This document shows, in pieces, positions 15,149-23,460 of a stretch of DNA of 41,990 nt. The stretch comes from a virus: positions 1 through 41,990 of IMG/VR virus record IMGVR_UViG_3300045988_092374, one strand, 5' to 3'. Both the position numbers and the translations under genes were made by a program. Every line of letters begins with the position of its first letter. Within the stretch, counting starts at the first letter, position 1. The notes beneath the pieces were generated by a model. That model saw only the letters and a program-made list of their open reading frames with translations. It had not been told where the DNA came from and searched no databases.

Positions 15149-15243
15149 ATTCCTTTTTGGTATTTGATTAAATCGAACAAATGTTCTATACTGATTATAC
15201 AAAACGGCAGACAATAATATGGGAAGAATTTCCAGAGGGGATG

Positions 15244-15252
15244 TGGTATAAT
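15244..15252 (+). promoter_or_regulatory. Extended -10 promoter of the AT-rich island
   Basis: TGGTATAAT lies 29 nt upstream of ATG 15281. Confidence 0.45.
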
Positions 15253-15280
15253 ATAAAAAAATGTCGATGGGAGAAACAAT

Positions 15281-16462
15281 ATGATAGAAATACCAGATTG
15301 GCTAAAAAAAGATTATCTTCATGTTAATGCTCTTAAAAATATTTGTTCTGATAAAAATTTAAGGGTTTCTGAAAATAAAGATATCTTAATAGATCAAATT
15401 ATAGAGTATGCGGGGGAAAATAAAAACAGCAAGAATTATCAGGAGATATATCAGTGGCTACTATCTACTATGAGAGAAGGGAGTAAGGATTTATGCTACA
15501 GAAAAATATATACTGATGAGTTGGAAGTAGCTGCTACTGAAAAAAAAATATTATCTATTTACCCAACATGTAAAAATAAAAATATTTTTGAAACTACAGT
15601 AGAAGAAAATTATTCATTAATAGAGTACGAGTTAATTGGAGATCGTACTATACAAGAGGCGAAATTTACTTTTGCTAAAAAGGTTCTTGAAAAATTAGGA
15701 ACAAATGATTTGGGGACAGAGGAAATATATCCCGTATTTATAGATGTTTATTTTGAAGAAGGTTTTATTGTTTGTAGAACACAACCTAAAGCATTATTGT
15801 ATGAATATAGTAGTGACAAGCTTGTGAAAAAAGAGAGAAAAATCAACACAATTAAAGATGGAAATAATTTGACAAATAAAATCATAGATATTTTTGGCTT
15901 TGAATATGATAAAAAAAATTGCAAACAACGTGTAATGAAAATGTTATACGAGTTATATAAAGTGCATGGAGATACACCAGAGAGTGTAAAAAATAAGATA
16001 GGTAGTATGGAAAAGGATACTAAAAGCTATCTTATTACAATTTTTGAAAAGCTAAAATTAGATATAACTAATATACCAAAAGCATTTGAAGATTTAGGGA
16101 TATTTTTGGAAAAATATATTTCCATTGAATCGAATATGGAAAATGAATTTAAAGCTGATAGAGATGCATATATTATTAAAATAGCTGCTGATGATGCGTT
16201 ACAAATGACAAAAATCGATGCCGCCTCTGCAATAACAAAACCATTACAATGTACAGACATATTCTATGATAGTAAAAAATCTATTATGAATACGAAAGAG
16301 TGTAGAAAATTAAATTTGTGTTATAATAGAAAAAGAGGATATTTGGGTCCATTTTTGGTTCAACACGATGCGAGAGATGGGTTTGGTATGCTTAAGGTTA
16401 AATATTTTGCAGAGGAGGTGGACATTCAAAATGTTTTACAAACAGTTTTTAGAAATTACTGA
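15281..16462 (+). CDS. SAP-domain protein of unknown function (island gene A)
   Basis: 393 aa. The N-terminal LHVNALKNICSDKNLRVSENKDILIDQII fits the SAP helix-extended-helix motif. I cannot assign the remaining ~340 aa. The gene is very AT-rich. Confidence 0.7.
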   Translation: MIEIPDWLKKDYLHVNALKNICSDKNLRVSENKDILIDQIIEYAGENKNSKNYQEIYQWLLSTMREGSKDLCYRKIYTDELEVAATEKKILSIYPTCKNKNIFETTVEENYSLIEYELIGDRTIQEAKFTFAKKVLEKLGTNDLGTEEIYPVFIDVYFEEGFIVCRTQPKALLYEYSSDKLVKKERKINTIKDGNNLTNKIIDIFGFEYDKKNCKQRVMKMLYELYKVHGDTPESVKNKIGSMEKDTKSYLITIFEKLKLDITNIPKAFEDLGIFLEKYISIESNMENEFKADRDAYIIKIAADDALQMTKIDAASAITKPLQCTDIFYDSKKSIMNTKECRKLNLCYNRKRGYLGPFLVQHDARDGFGMLKVKYFAEEVDIQNVLQTVFRNY

Positions 16463-17513
16463 TGGCCTAAATGCGGACGTTGTCAAAGAATTCGATTTCT
16501 GGTTGGCAACTTTACCAGAAAAAGAAGCTAAGTCAATTACTATAAGCACAGTAGCGTCAAGATTAGGAATACAATATTCTATAGCTGACCTTTTACTAGA
16601 GTTTGCATTACGGAAGGGTATACTAAAAAGAGCATATATGCTTGTTTGCCCAAATGAAGAATGCCACCTGCCACATAGTATATTAGATGCAAATGAAGTG
16701 CGAAATATGCTGGGAAAGGAAGAGTATTGTCATAATTGCCAAGAAGAGTTTGTTGTTGATCTAACTTGTATTATAAATATATATCAACGAAATAAGAAGC
16801 CTGATGTGTCAGATAGAATAATTAGGGATGAAATAATTAAAAGATTAGGTTTTGGAAAAGATGGTTTTGAGAATGAAATAAATTTTAATATAGCTGATTC
16901 TTTGGGGGCTAATAAAAAAGAAGTATATAATTTGTATTATGCTCCTGATGAATCAGCATATAAAAGATTCAAAATAATGAAAGATAAACTTGATTGGAAT
17001 TATGGGAAGGATACCACAGCTCAAGGAAAAGCATTAGAGATTTTAGCACTAGACATATTTAACCAAATACAAGGAGTCAGGTGTACTAATGATGTTAAAA
17101 CGAAAACTAACCAATTTGATTGCACTTGCTTATGCGGGATAAAGACAATCTTTCCATCAGTATTTTCTTATTTAGCTCCATATTTTCTTATTGAATGTAA
17201 GAATGAACCTAAAAAGAAGCCTAATAATACATATTGCAATAAGTTACTTAGTATTATGGATACAAATGAAGCACAGGTGGGAATTGTTTTCGGAAGAATA
17301 AATGCAACGGAACCTTGCTTTGTTATCTCAAGGGAGCATTACTTAAAACATTCAGAATCAAGAAGGCAACAAATTATTTTAACGTTCTCCGATGATGATT
17401 GGAATTGTTTAATTGACAATAAGGTTAACCTTTTAGCATATTTAGAATATAAGATATTTCAAATAACATCAAATTCCCCAGATGCTTCATATGAAATGTT
17501 TATTAAAAAGTAA
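16431..17513 (+). CDS. wHTH / zinc-ribbon / Mrr-like PD-(D/E)xK nuclease (island gene B)
   Basis: ATG 16431 follows AGAGGAGG and overlaps gene A by 32 nt. Motifs: CPNEEC...CHNC, then GKALEILALDIF ... FDCTC ... LIECKN ... VGIVFGR (Mrr catalytic-domain layout). Confidence 0.65.
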   Translation: MFYKQFLEITDGLNADVVKEFDFWLATLPEKEAKSITISTVASRLGIQYSIADLLLEFALRKGILKRAYMLVCPNEECHLPHSILDANEVRNMLGKEEYCHNCQEEFVVDLTCIINIYQRNKKPDVSDRIIRDEIIKRLGFGKDGFENEINFNIADSLGANKKEVYNLYYAPDESAYKRFKIMKDKLDWNYGKDTTAQGKALEILALDIFNQIQGVRCTNDVKTKTNQFDCTCLCGIKTIFPSVFSYLAPYFLIECKNEPKKKPNNTYCNKLLSIMDTNEAQVGIVFGRINATEPCFVISREHYLKHSESRRQQIILTFSDDDWNCLIDNKVNLLAYLEYKIFQITSNSPDASYEMFIKK

Positions 17514-17514
17514 A

Positions 17515-17539
17515 GGGCCGCCCACCCGTGGCTCTTTTT
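17515..17539 (+). terminator. Terminator after the island
   Basis: GGGCCGC pairs with GTGGCTC (7 bp including 2 G-U) and is followed by TTTTT. Confidence 0.5.
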
Positions 17540-17564
17540 CTATACCCAAAAGGAGGTGGGCTTG

Positions 17565-18011
17565 ATGGCAAAATATGAATATTGGATAACGCCGGAAGGC
17601 TTACTGAAGCTGGAGGCTTGGGCGCGGGATGGTCTGACCGATGAGCAAATCGCCGCGAATGCCGGTATAGCCACAGCCACGCTGTATGACTGGAAAAAGC
17701 GGTATCTGGAGATATCAGAGGCCCTAAAAAAGGGTAAAGAGGTTGTTGACATTCAAGTGGAGAATGCGCTCCTGAAACGGGCGTTGGGTTATACCTATAC
17801 GGAAACCAAAAAGGAAAGGACAGCCGAAGGAGTAAGAACCACTACAACAATCAAAGAAGTAGTTCCGGACACTACAGCGCAGATCTTCTGGCTGAAGAAC
17901 CGGCGCCCGGACCGCTGGCGGGATAAACAGGACATACATGTATCAGGTAGTCTCAACACCGAGAAAACGAAACTGGATGACTTGCTGAAACAGATGAGGG
18001 GTGATGGATAG
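17565..18011 (+). CDS. terS: Terminase small subunit
   Basis: HTH TDEQIAANAGIATATLYDWKKRY and FWLKNRRPDRW. ATG lies 8 nt after AGGAGG, directly upstream of terL. Confidence 0.8.
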   Translation: MAKYEYWITPEGLLKLEAWARDGLTDEQIAANAGIATATLYDWKKRYLEISEALKKGKEVVDIQVENALLKRALGYTYTETKKERTAEGVRTTTTIKEVVPDTTAQIFWLKNRRPDRWRDKQDIHVSGSLNTEKTKLDDLLKQMRGDG

Positions 18012-19375
18012 TGAGTGATGAGCGCTTGCTGCTGTCGGAAAAGTATAAGGCCTTCCTCTGTTGCAACGCGCCGGTGGAGTTCCTGGAGGGGACAACGGCT
18101 GCCGGTAAGACGACAGTAGGATTGTTCAAGTTCATGCTAAAGGTGGCTGAATCTCCAAAAAAGCTGCATATCCTGGCAGCGGATGACACCGGCGCCGCGG
18201 AGAAGAACATCATCAATAAGGACCTGGGTATCCTGGATGACTTCGGCGTGCTGGTGGAATACAAAGGCAACGGTTCCGGTGAGTATAAAATGCCTCACCT
18301 GCTGTTCCACACATCGGGCGGTGACAAGATAGTCTTTGTCGTCGGCTATGGTAATAAGCGCAAGTGGAAGGATGCCCTGGGCGGCCAATACGGTTGCCTG
18401 TATATCGATGAGATTAACACGGCCGATATCGATTTTGTACGGGAGGCAGCCATGCGGTGTGACTACCTGATGGCCACACTCAATCCGGATGACCCGAATT
18501 TGCCGATATACAAAGAGTATATAAATTGCTCCCGGCCGCTCCCGGAGTGGGAGGCGGAGACACCACAGGAAATTAAAGATGAGCTAAAAGAAGAACCAAA
18601 ACCCGGCTGGGTGCATTGGTTCTTTTCTTTTGCCCATAACCTGGGACTGCCGGCGGAGAAACTGCAGCAGATTATCCAGAATACGCCAGCAGGGACTAAA
18701 ATTCACAAGAACAAGATTCTCGGCCTGCGCGGAAAGGCGACCGGCCTTATCTTCCCGAACTTTGACCGCAAAATACATGTGGTCACGGTTGCCTGGGTGA
18801 AGCAGCAGATGGCCGCCGGAAAGATAAAATTCAAGAAGTTCACAGCTGGCCTGGACACATCCTACTCCAGCAAGTCACCGGATACGATTGCCATGCTCTT
18901 TCAAGGCATCACCGAAGACCGACGCCTGATTGTGCTGGCCGAGAAGGTCTATAGCAATGCGGATTTGTCCCAGCCGTTGGCACCATCTGACACCGCGGTC
19001 AAGTTTGTAGAGTTCATGGAGCGCTGTCGAAAGGACTGGGGATTTGCAAAGGATGTCTTTATCGACAGCGCGGACCAGGCGACCATCACAGAGCTGCGCA
19101 AGTACAAGCGGCTTCATGGCTGCCTGTATAACTTTGTGGATGCATACAAACGGGTTGAGATTATCGACCGTATCAAGCTGCAGCTTGGATGGATCCAGCA
19201 GGGATGTTACCTGGTGGTGGATACCTGCCCGGAGCATCTGGGAGAACTGGACCGGTATTCGTGGGATGAAGACAAGGACCGGCCCGAGGATCGCAATGAT
19301 CACACGATTAATGCATCACAGTATGGATGGATTCCATACAAGAAAATGATAGGTTTTGAGGAGGAAAATAGATGA
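18011..19375 (+). CDS. terL: Terminase large subunit
   Basis: 454 aa with Walker A GTTAAGKTT and a C-terminal nuclease-type acidic region. Confidence 0.9.
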   Translation: MSDERLLLSEKYKAFLCCNAPVEFLEGTTAAGKTTVGLFKFMLKVAESPKKLHILAADDTGAAEKNIINKDLGILDDFGVLVEYKGNGSGEYKMPHLLFHTSGGDKIVFVVGYGNKRKWKDALGGQYGCLYIDEINTADIDFVREAAMRCDYLMATLNPDDPNLPIYKEYINCSRPLPEWEAETPQEIKDELKEEPKPGWVHWFFSFAHNLGLPAEKLQQIIQNTPAGTKIHKNKILGLRGKATGLIFPNFDRKIHVVTVAWVKQQMAAGKIKFKKFTAGLDTSYSSKSPDTIAMLFQGITEDRRLIVLAEKVYSNADLSQPLAPSDTAVKFVEFMERCRKDWGFAKDVFIDSADQATITELRKYKRLHGCLYNFVDAYKRVEIIDRIKLQLGWIQQGCYLVVDTCPEHLGELDRYSWDEDKDRPEDRNDHTINASQYGWIPYKKMIGFEEENR

Positions 19376-19572
19376 CAAGATTTGAGGCTCTTAGAGCAGT
19401 CAACGGAGTAAGCGAATACTCTGCGCTGATTTTTGACATCCTGCGTGATAAGAAAAGTCCGGACGATATGACAGAGTTTTTATCAGAAGAATTAACAGAG
19501 AAACAGCTACAGACAATTAGGTCTATAGCTGAATCCGGCAATTATCCATTATCATTAGATGGATTGCAATAG
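19372..19572 (+). CDS. Hypothetical protein
   Basis: 66-aa ORF with ATGA overlap with terL. Confidence 0.5.
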   Translation: MTRFEALRAVNGVSEYSALIFDILRDKKSPDDMTEFLSEELTEKQLQTIRSIAESGNYPLSLDGLQ

Positions 19573-19772
19573 TAGCAACCGTTTGCACCATTGATAGACA
19601 AAAAGGCTGCTCTTAATGCAGCATCTTCATAGCTGACGCAGTTCAATACATTTTGATGGTTAATTTCATCAATTTGACACTGGGGTGTTTCATTATCCAG
19701 GTCATGTATCTCGCCGGTGGCTTTATTTAATACATAACGGTTGCCATTAAAAGGGGAATTATATCTTCGCAT
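19542..19772 (-). CDS. Reverse-oriented Cys-containing small protein
   Basis: 76 aa with RBS AAAGGAG 9 nt upstream. PQCQ ... NGCYYCNP. Confidence 0.5.
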   Translation of the reverse strand: MRRYNSPFNGNRYVLNKATGEIHDLDNETPQCQIDEINHQNVLNCVSYEDAALRAAFLSINGANGCYYCNPSNDNG

Positions 19773-19871
19773 GCAGGCAAACTCCTTTCTTCTGTATTTG
19801 GTGCTGGCACACCTGTATTTATATTATAAAGGAGCTGGATGTAGATAGCAACAAGAGGAGGGTGAGAAGAA

Positions 19872-21461
19872 ATGAGGTGGACGCAGAAATTGAGTGAAAA
19901 TATTAAACGAGGAATCCGGAGCTGGTTGAACGTCACGCCGGCGAACCCATACAGCATTCAGATCCAGGAGACCATGGATTTTGAACTGTCGGCAATCCGA
20001 AACCGTATCTGGTACCGCGGAGACAGCAGCGAACTGGAACAGATGTATCAGCAGAACCCGGAATGGGCGGACAAGTATAAGTTCTGGGCGTCCAAGTGTA
20101 CCCCGGGCATGGAGATGCGAAAAATCCACACAGGGCTGCCGGGACTCATCATCCGGATACTGACAGCGATTGTCCTGGCCGACATGAACGACTTCGAGTT
20201 TGATTCTCCGGCCCAGGAACGGCTCTGGAAGGAGATTGAGAAAGAGAATAAGTTCCGCAAGGCGTTGGAGAAGAGCCTGAAAGAGGTGCTGTACATCGGT
20301 GACGGTGCATACAAGGTGACCATCGACACGGCCCTGAGCCAGTACCCGATACTTGAGTGGTATCCAGGGGAACGCATTGAAATTATAAAGGAGCGCGGAC
20401 GGCTGAAAGAGGTGGTCTTTAAAACACCGTACACGGTGCGGAGCCAGCAGTACATCCTGTATGAGCACTATGGATATGGATATATCCGTAACGAGCTATA
20501 CAAGGGAGATACGCAGGTGGACTTAGGTGCCATAGAGGCTACGAGCGGGATTAAGGATACAACTTTTGACAGGACGACCATCCTGGCCGTTCCCCTGCAG
20601 GTATACGAGTCAACGAAGTACGAGGGCCGCGGAGGCTCTGTTTTTGATGGCAAATTGGACAGTTTTGATGCTTTCGACGAGGCATGGAGCCAGTGGATGG
20701 ACGCTCTGCGGGCTGGCAGGGCTAAGACGTACATACCGGAGTGTCTGGTACCGCATGACCCGGCAACCGGACAGATTTTAAAGCCAAATCCGTTTGACTG
20801 CCGATACTTTGCTTCTGACAATGACATGGGTGAGAAAGCAGAGAACAAAGTTAATACAGACCAGCCGTCCATCCCGCACGATAGCTATCTGGCCAGTTAT
20901 GTGACGGCGCTTGACCTTTGTCTGCAAGGCGTCATCAGCCCGTCCACGCTTGGCATTGATGTGAAAAAGCTGGACAACGCCGAGGCGCAGCGGGAGAAGG
21001 AGAAAGCGACGCTCTACACCCGGAACGCCATCATCGAAGCCCTGCAAGAGACGCTGCCGGATGTGGTGGCTGCTTGCATCAATGCCTATCACATCTTGTT
21101 TAAACAGCCCATAGAAGAGATTAAGGTGGAGATTCCCTTCGGTGAGTACGCAAACCCCAGCTTTGAAAGTCAGGTGGAGACTCTTTCTAAGGCGCGGCCC
21201 GGCGCAAGCATCATGTCTATAGAAGCTCAGGTGGAGGAGATGTGGGGAGACAGCAAAGACGAGACGTGGAAGGCCGAAGAAGTGAAGCGATTAAAAGCGG
21301 AGCAAGGAATTGCAGAGGAAGAGGAGCCTGGAGTAAACTTGGCTGCCGGTAGTTTCCGCGTCAATATGGAGGGAGGAAAGGCAGATGAAGGTCAAGGTAA
21401 TGAACCGGACGTACCAGATGGGCCGGGAGGAGTACCAGGGGCTCCTGCAGGTGGCGCGTGA
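19872..21461 (+). CDS. Portal protein (SPP1 gp6-like)
   Basis: 529 aa, positioned after terL, with an acidic Gly/Pro-rich C-terminus. Confidence 0.8.
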   Translation: MRWTQKLSENIKRGIRSWLNVTPANPYSIQIQETMDFELSAIRNRIWYRGDSSELEQMYQQNPEWADKYKFWASKCTPGMEMRKIHTGLPGLIIRILTAIVLADMNDFEFDSPAQERLWKEIEKENKFRKALEKSLKEVLYIGDGAYKVTIDTALSQYPILEWYPGERIEIIKERGRLKEVVFKTPYTVRSQQYILYEHYGYGYIRNELYKGDTQVDLGAIEATSGIKDTTFDRTTILAVPLQVYESTKYEGRGGSVFDGKLDSFDAFDEAWSQWMDALRAGRAKTYIPECLVPHDPATGQILKPNPFDCRYFASDNDMGEKAENKVNTDQPSIPHDSYLASYVTALDLCLQGVISPSTLGIDVKKLDNAEAQREKEKATLYTRNAIIEALQETLPDVVAACINAYHILFKQPIEEIKVEIPFGEYANPSFESQVETLSKARPGASIMSIEAQVEEMWGDSKDETWKAEEVKRLKAEQGIAEEEEPGVNLAAGSFRVNMEGGKADEGQGNEPDVPDGPGGVPGAPAGGA

Positions 21462-21663
21462 GCAGGTGCCGTTCGGGATTTACGCGGTTGAGAAGCAGGG
21501 GTATGCGGAGCTGCGCTGTGATAAGTGTAGGAGCATAACCCAGCTTAAGGAGTTGACTCGGCAGTTTAAGGCCCGGGGGTACAGGGTGTACTCCAATAGG
21601 GGGATACATCTGGCGGAAGGTGGCTGCATGGCTGCGGAAGGGGCGCTGATGAGTGCGACATAA
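21385..21663 (+). CDS. Hypothetical small protein overlapping the portal 3' end
   Basis: 92-aa ORF in an alternative frame. Coding status is uncertain. Confidence 0.3.
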   Translation: MKVKVMNRTYQMGREEYQGLLQVAREQVPFGIYAVEKQGYAELRCDKCRSITQLKELTRQFKARGYRVYSNRGIHLAEGGCMAAEGALMSAT

Positions 21664-23311
21664 TGAGTATGATGTAGGTGCTGCCTTCCAGGCCATTGAA
21701 AAGGAGCTCATGGCATCCATGATACGGAACATGGACCGGCACCGGGCAGAAGAGACCAAGGAAGGCATTGAGTGGTCCATGTGGCAGGCCGAACAGCTGA
21801 AAGCTTTGGAGAAGTATAAGCGGGAGAATCAGAAACGGTACAGCAAGCAGTTTAAGTCTATAAATGGGCAGATAGGAGAACTGCTCTACCAGTCGCGGCA
21901 GACCGGTAACATGCAGCAGGAAATCCAGATATTGAAAGCTATACAGAGGGGATACCGATTCCCAAACATGCCAAAGAAGTTGTTTGGCTTATTGGAAGAA
22001 ATGGATGGGAAGACATTTCGGCAGAAGGCATCACTACTGGTTAAGCGTTGGAAGGGCAAAGAGGCTGCCCAAGCAACAGCAGAGTTTTTTAAACTTAATG
22101 ACCGAAAGCTGGAAGTACTTATCAAAGCAACGACTCAAGACATGGAACGGGCAGAGACAGCGGTGCTTCGGATGGCCGACGACCAATACCGGAAAGCTAT
22201 TTTTAATGCTCAGGTCTATGCCAATACCGGCGCCGGAACTTACGAGAAGGCCGTGGATATGGCCACCAAGGACATGCTTTCCCGGGGCCTGAACTGTGTG
22301 GAGTATGCCAACGGTGCCCGCCATACCCTGGCAGATTATGCCGACATGGCCATCCGGACGGCATCCAAGCGGGCTTACCTGCAGGGAGAGGGGGAGAAAA
22401 GGCAGGAATGGGGGATTACCACCGTGATTGTCAACAAGCGCGGGAACCCGTGTCCGAAGTGCCTGCCATTTGTCGGTAAGGTCCTGATTGACGACGTCTG
22501 GTCCGGCGGAAAGAAATCCGATGGGCCGTATCCCCTCATGAGCAAGGCCATAGCATCCGGACTGTATCATCCCAGGTGCAAGGACAGCCATACAACCTAT
22601 TTCCCTGGAATCTCCACTGCGGACGACACCTGGACCAAGGAGGAACTGGATGCGGTCGGTCAGGCCAATAAGCAGGAGGCCGAGCAGCAATATGCGTCAC
22701 GGCAGGCAGAAAGATATGGGCGGCTGGCTAAGTATTCATTGGATGAGGACAATAAAAAGCAGTACGGACAGAGGGCGAAGGAGTGGCAGGACATCCAGTT
22801 TAAGACTGGCGGCATGGGTAGGTCAGTGGATGTTACAGAAGAATGGATGGAAGAGGCGTCACCGAACTCGCATGAAGTAGTTGACCTATCTGAATATACA
22901 TTAAACGGCACTACATATAAGGTTGATGGAAAACATGTATTGTTGGATTATTCAGATAAGGAAAAACAGATAGCGCAACTTTTGAAACGTGAACTCGGAG
23001 GCGAAATATTCATGGTTCCCAGGGTTTTGGATCCACCTGGAATATCAACGCCAGATTACATATTCAGAGGAGAGGCATTTGATTTAAAAGAGTTGTCAGG
23101 CACAAGCAAAAATTTGATTTATAATGTGGTTTCAAAGAAAAAACGACAGGCGGGCAATTTTATCCTGGATATTACTCAATGTCCGTTGGATGAGAGTGAG
23201 TTATATAAGCAGGCAGACGATATTTATTGGTCAAGACATACAGCCTTTGTAGATAAAATAATATTTATTAAAGATGGCCAGATAAGAAAAATCTTCAGGA
23301 GAAAAAAATAA
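21653..23311 (+). CDS. MuF / SPP1 gp7-like head morphogenesis protein fused to a C-terminal PD-(D/E)xK toxin-like module
   Basis: The MuF core ends near NPCPKCLP...HPRCKDSH. The last ~150 aa are AT-rich and carry ISTPDYIFRGEAFDLKEL (D ... D-x-K). Confidence 0.7.
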   Translation: MRHNEYDVGAAFQAIEKELMASMIRNMDRHRAEETKEGIEWSMWQAEQLKALEKYKRENQKRYSKQFKSINGQIGELLYQSRQTGNMQQEIQILKAIQRGYRFPNMPKKLFGLLEEMDGKTFRQKASLLVKRWKGKEAAQATAEFFKLNDRKLEVLIKATTQDMERAETAVLRMADDQYRKAIFNAQVYANTGAGTYEKAVDMATKDMLSRGLNCVEYANGARHTLADYADMAIRTASKRAYLQGEGEKRQEWGITTVIVNKRGNPCPKCLPFVGKVLIDDVWSGGKKSDGPYPLMSKAIASGLYHPRCKDSHTTYFPGISTADDTWTKEELDAVGQANKQEAEQQYASRQAERYGRLAKYSLDEDNKKQYGQRAKEWQDIQFKTGGMGRSVDVTEEWMEEASPNSHEVVDLSEYTLNGTTYKVDGKHVLLDYSDKEKQIAQLLKRELGGEIFMVPRVLDPPGISTPDYIFRGEAFDLKELSGTSKNLIYNVVSKKKRQAGNFILDITQCPLDESELYKQADDIYWSRHTAFVDKIIFIKDGQIRKIFRRKK

Positions 23312-23381
23312 AGAGAAACGATGGCCCAACCCAATAAGTGGGGGTCAGGTACCGTTCCTCTTTAAAAGATATCTTATCTGT

Positions 23382-23410
23382 ATTATACGATATTATGCCC
23401 AAAATGTCAA
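23382..23410 (-). promoter_or_regulatory. Consensus promoter pointing back into the MuF toxin module
   Basis: On the minus strand: TTGACA, 17-nt spacer, TATAAT. Confidence 0.55.
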
Positions 23411-23444
23411 ATTAAGCATGTAATGGCTGGTGGTATTTTTAGTT

Positions 23445-23460
23445 GTTGCGATATCGCAAC
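23445..23460. repeat. 16-bp perfect palindrome GTTGCGATATCGCAAC (copy 1)
   Basis: The 20-nt GTTGCGATATCGYAACAG recurs at 40314-40331 with one mismatch. Confidence 0.7.

Noticed and set aside
14886-15171. Track ORFs 14886-15137 (+), 14913-15122 (-) and 14968-15171 (+) as protein genes
   Set aside because: They have no Shine-Dalgarno and overlap each other on both strands. They lie in a GC-rich interval where stop codons are rare by composition and where the sequence folds into many helices.
15172-15181. The 10-mer TCGAACAAAT is shared between the island upstream region and the CI/Cro operator at 4077-4086, hinting at repressor control of the island
   Set aside because: A single shared 10-mer has roughly a one-in-ten chance of occurring in a 42-kb window (both strands). 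The palindromic TTCGAA context of the operators is not reproduced at 15172.
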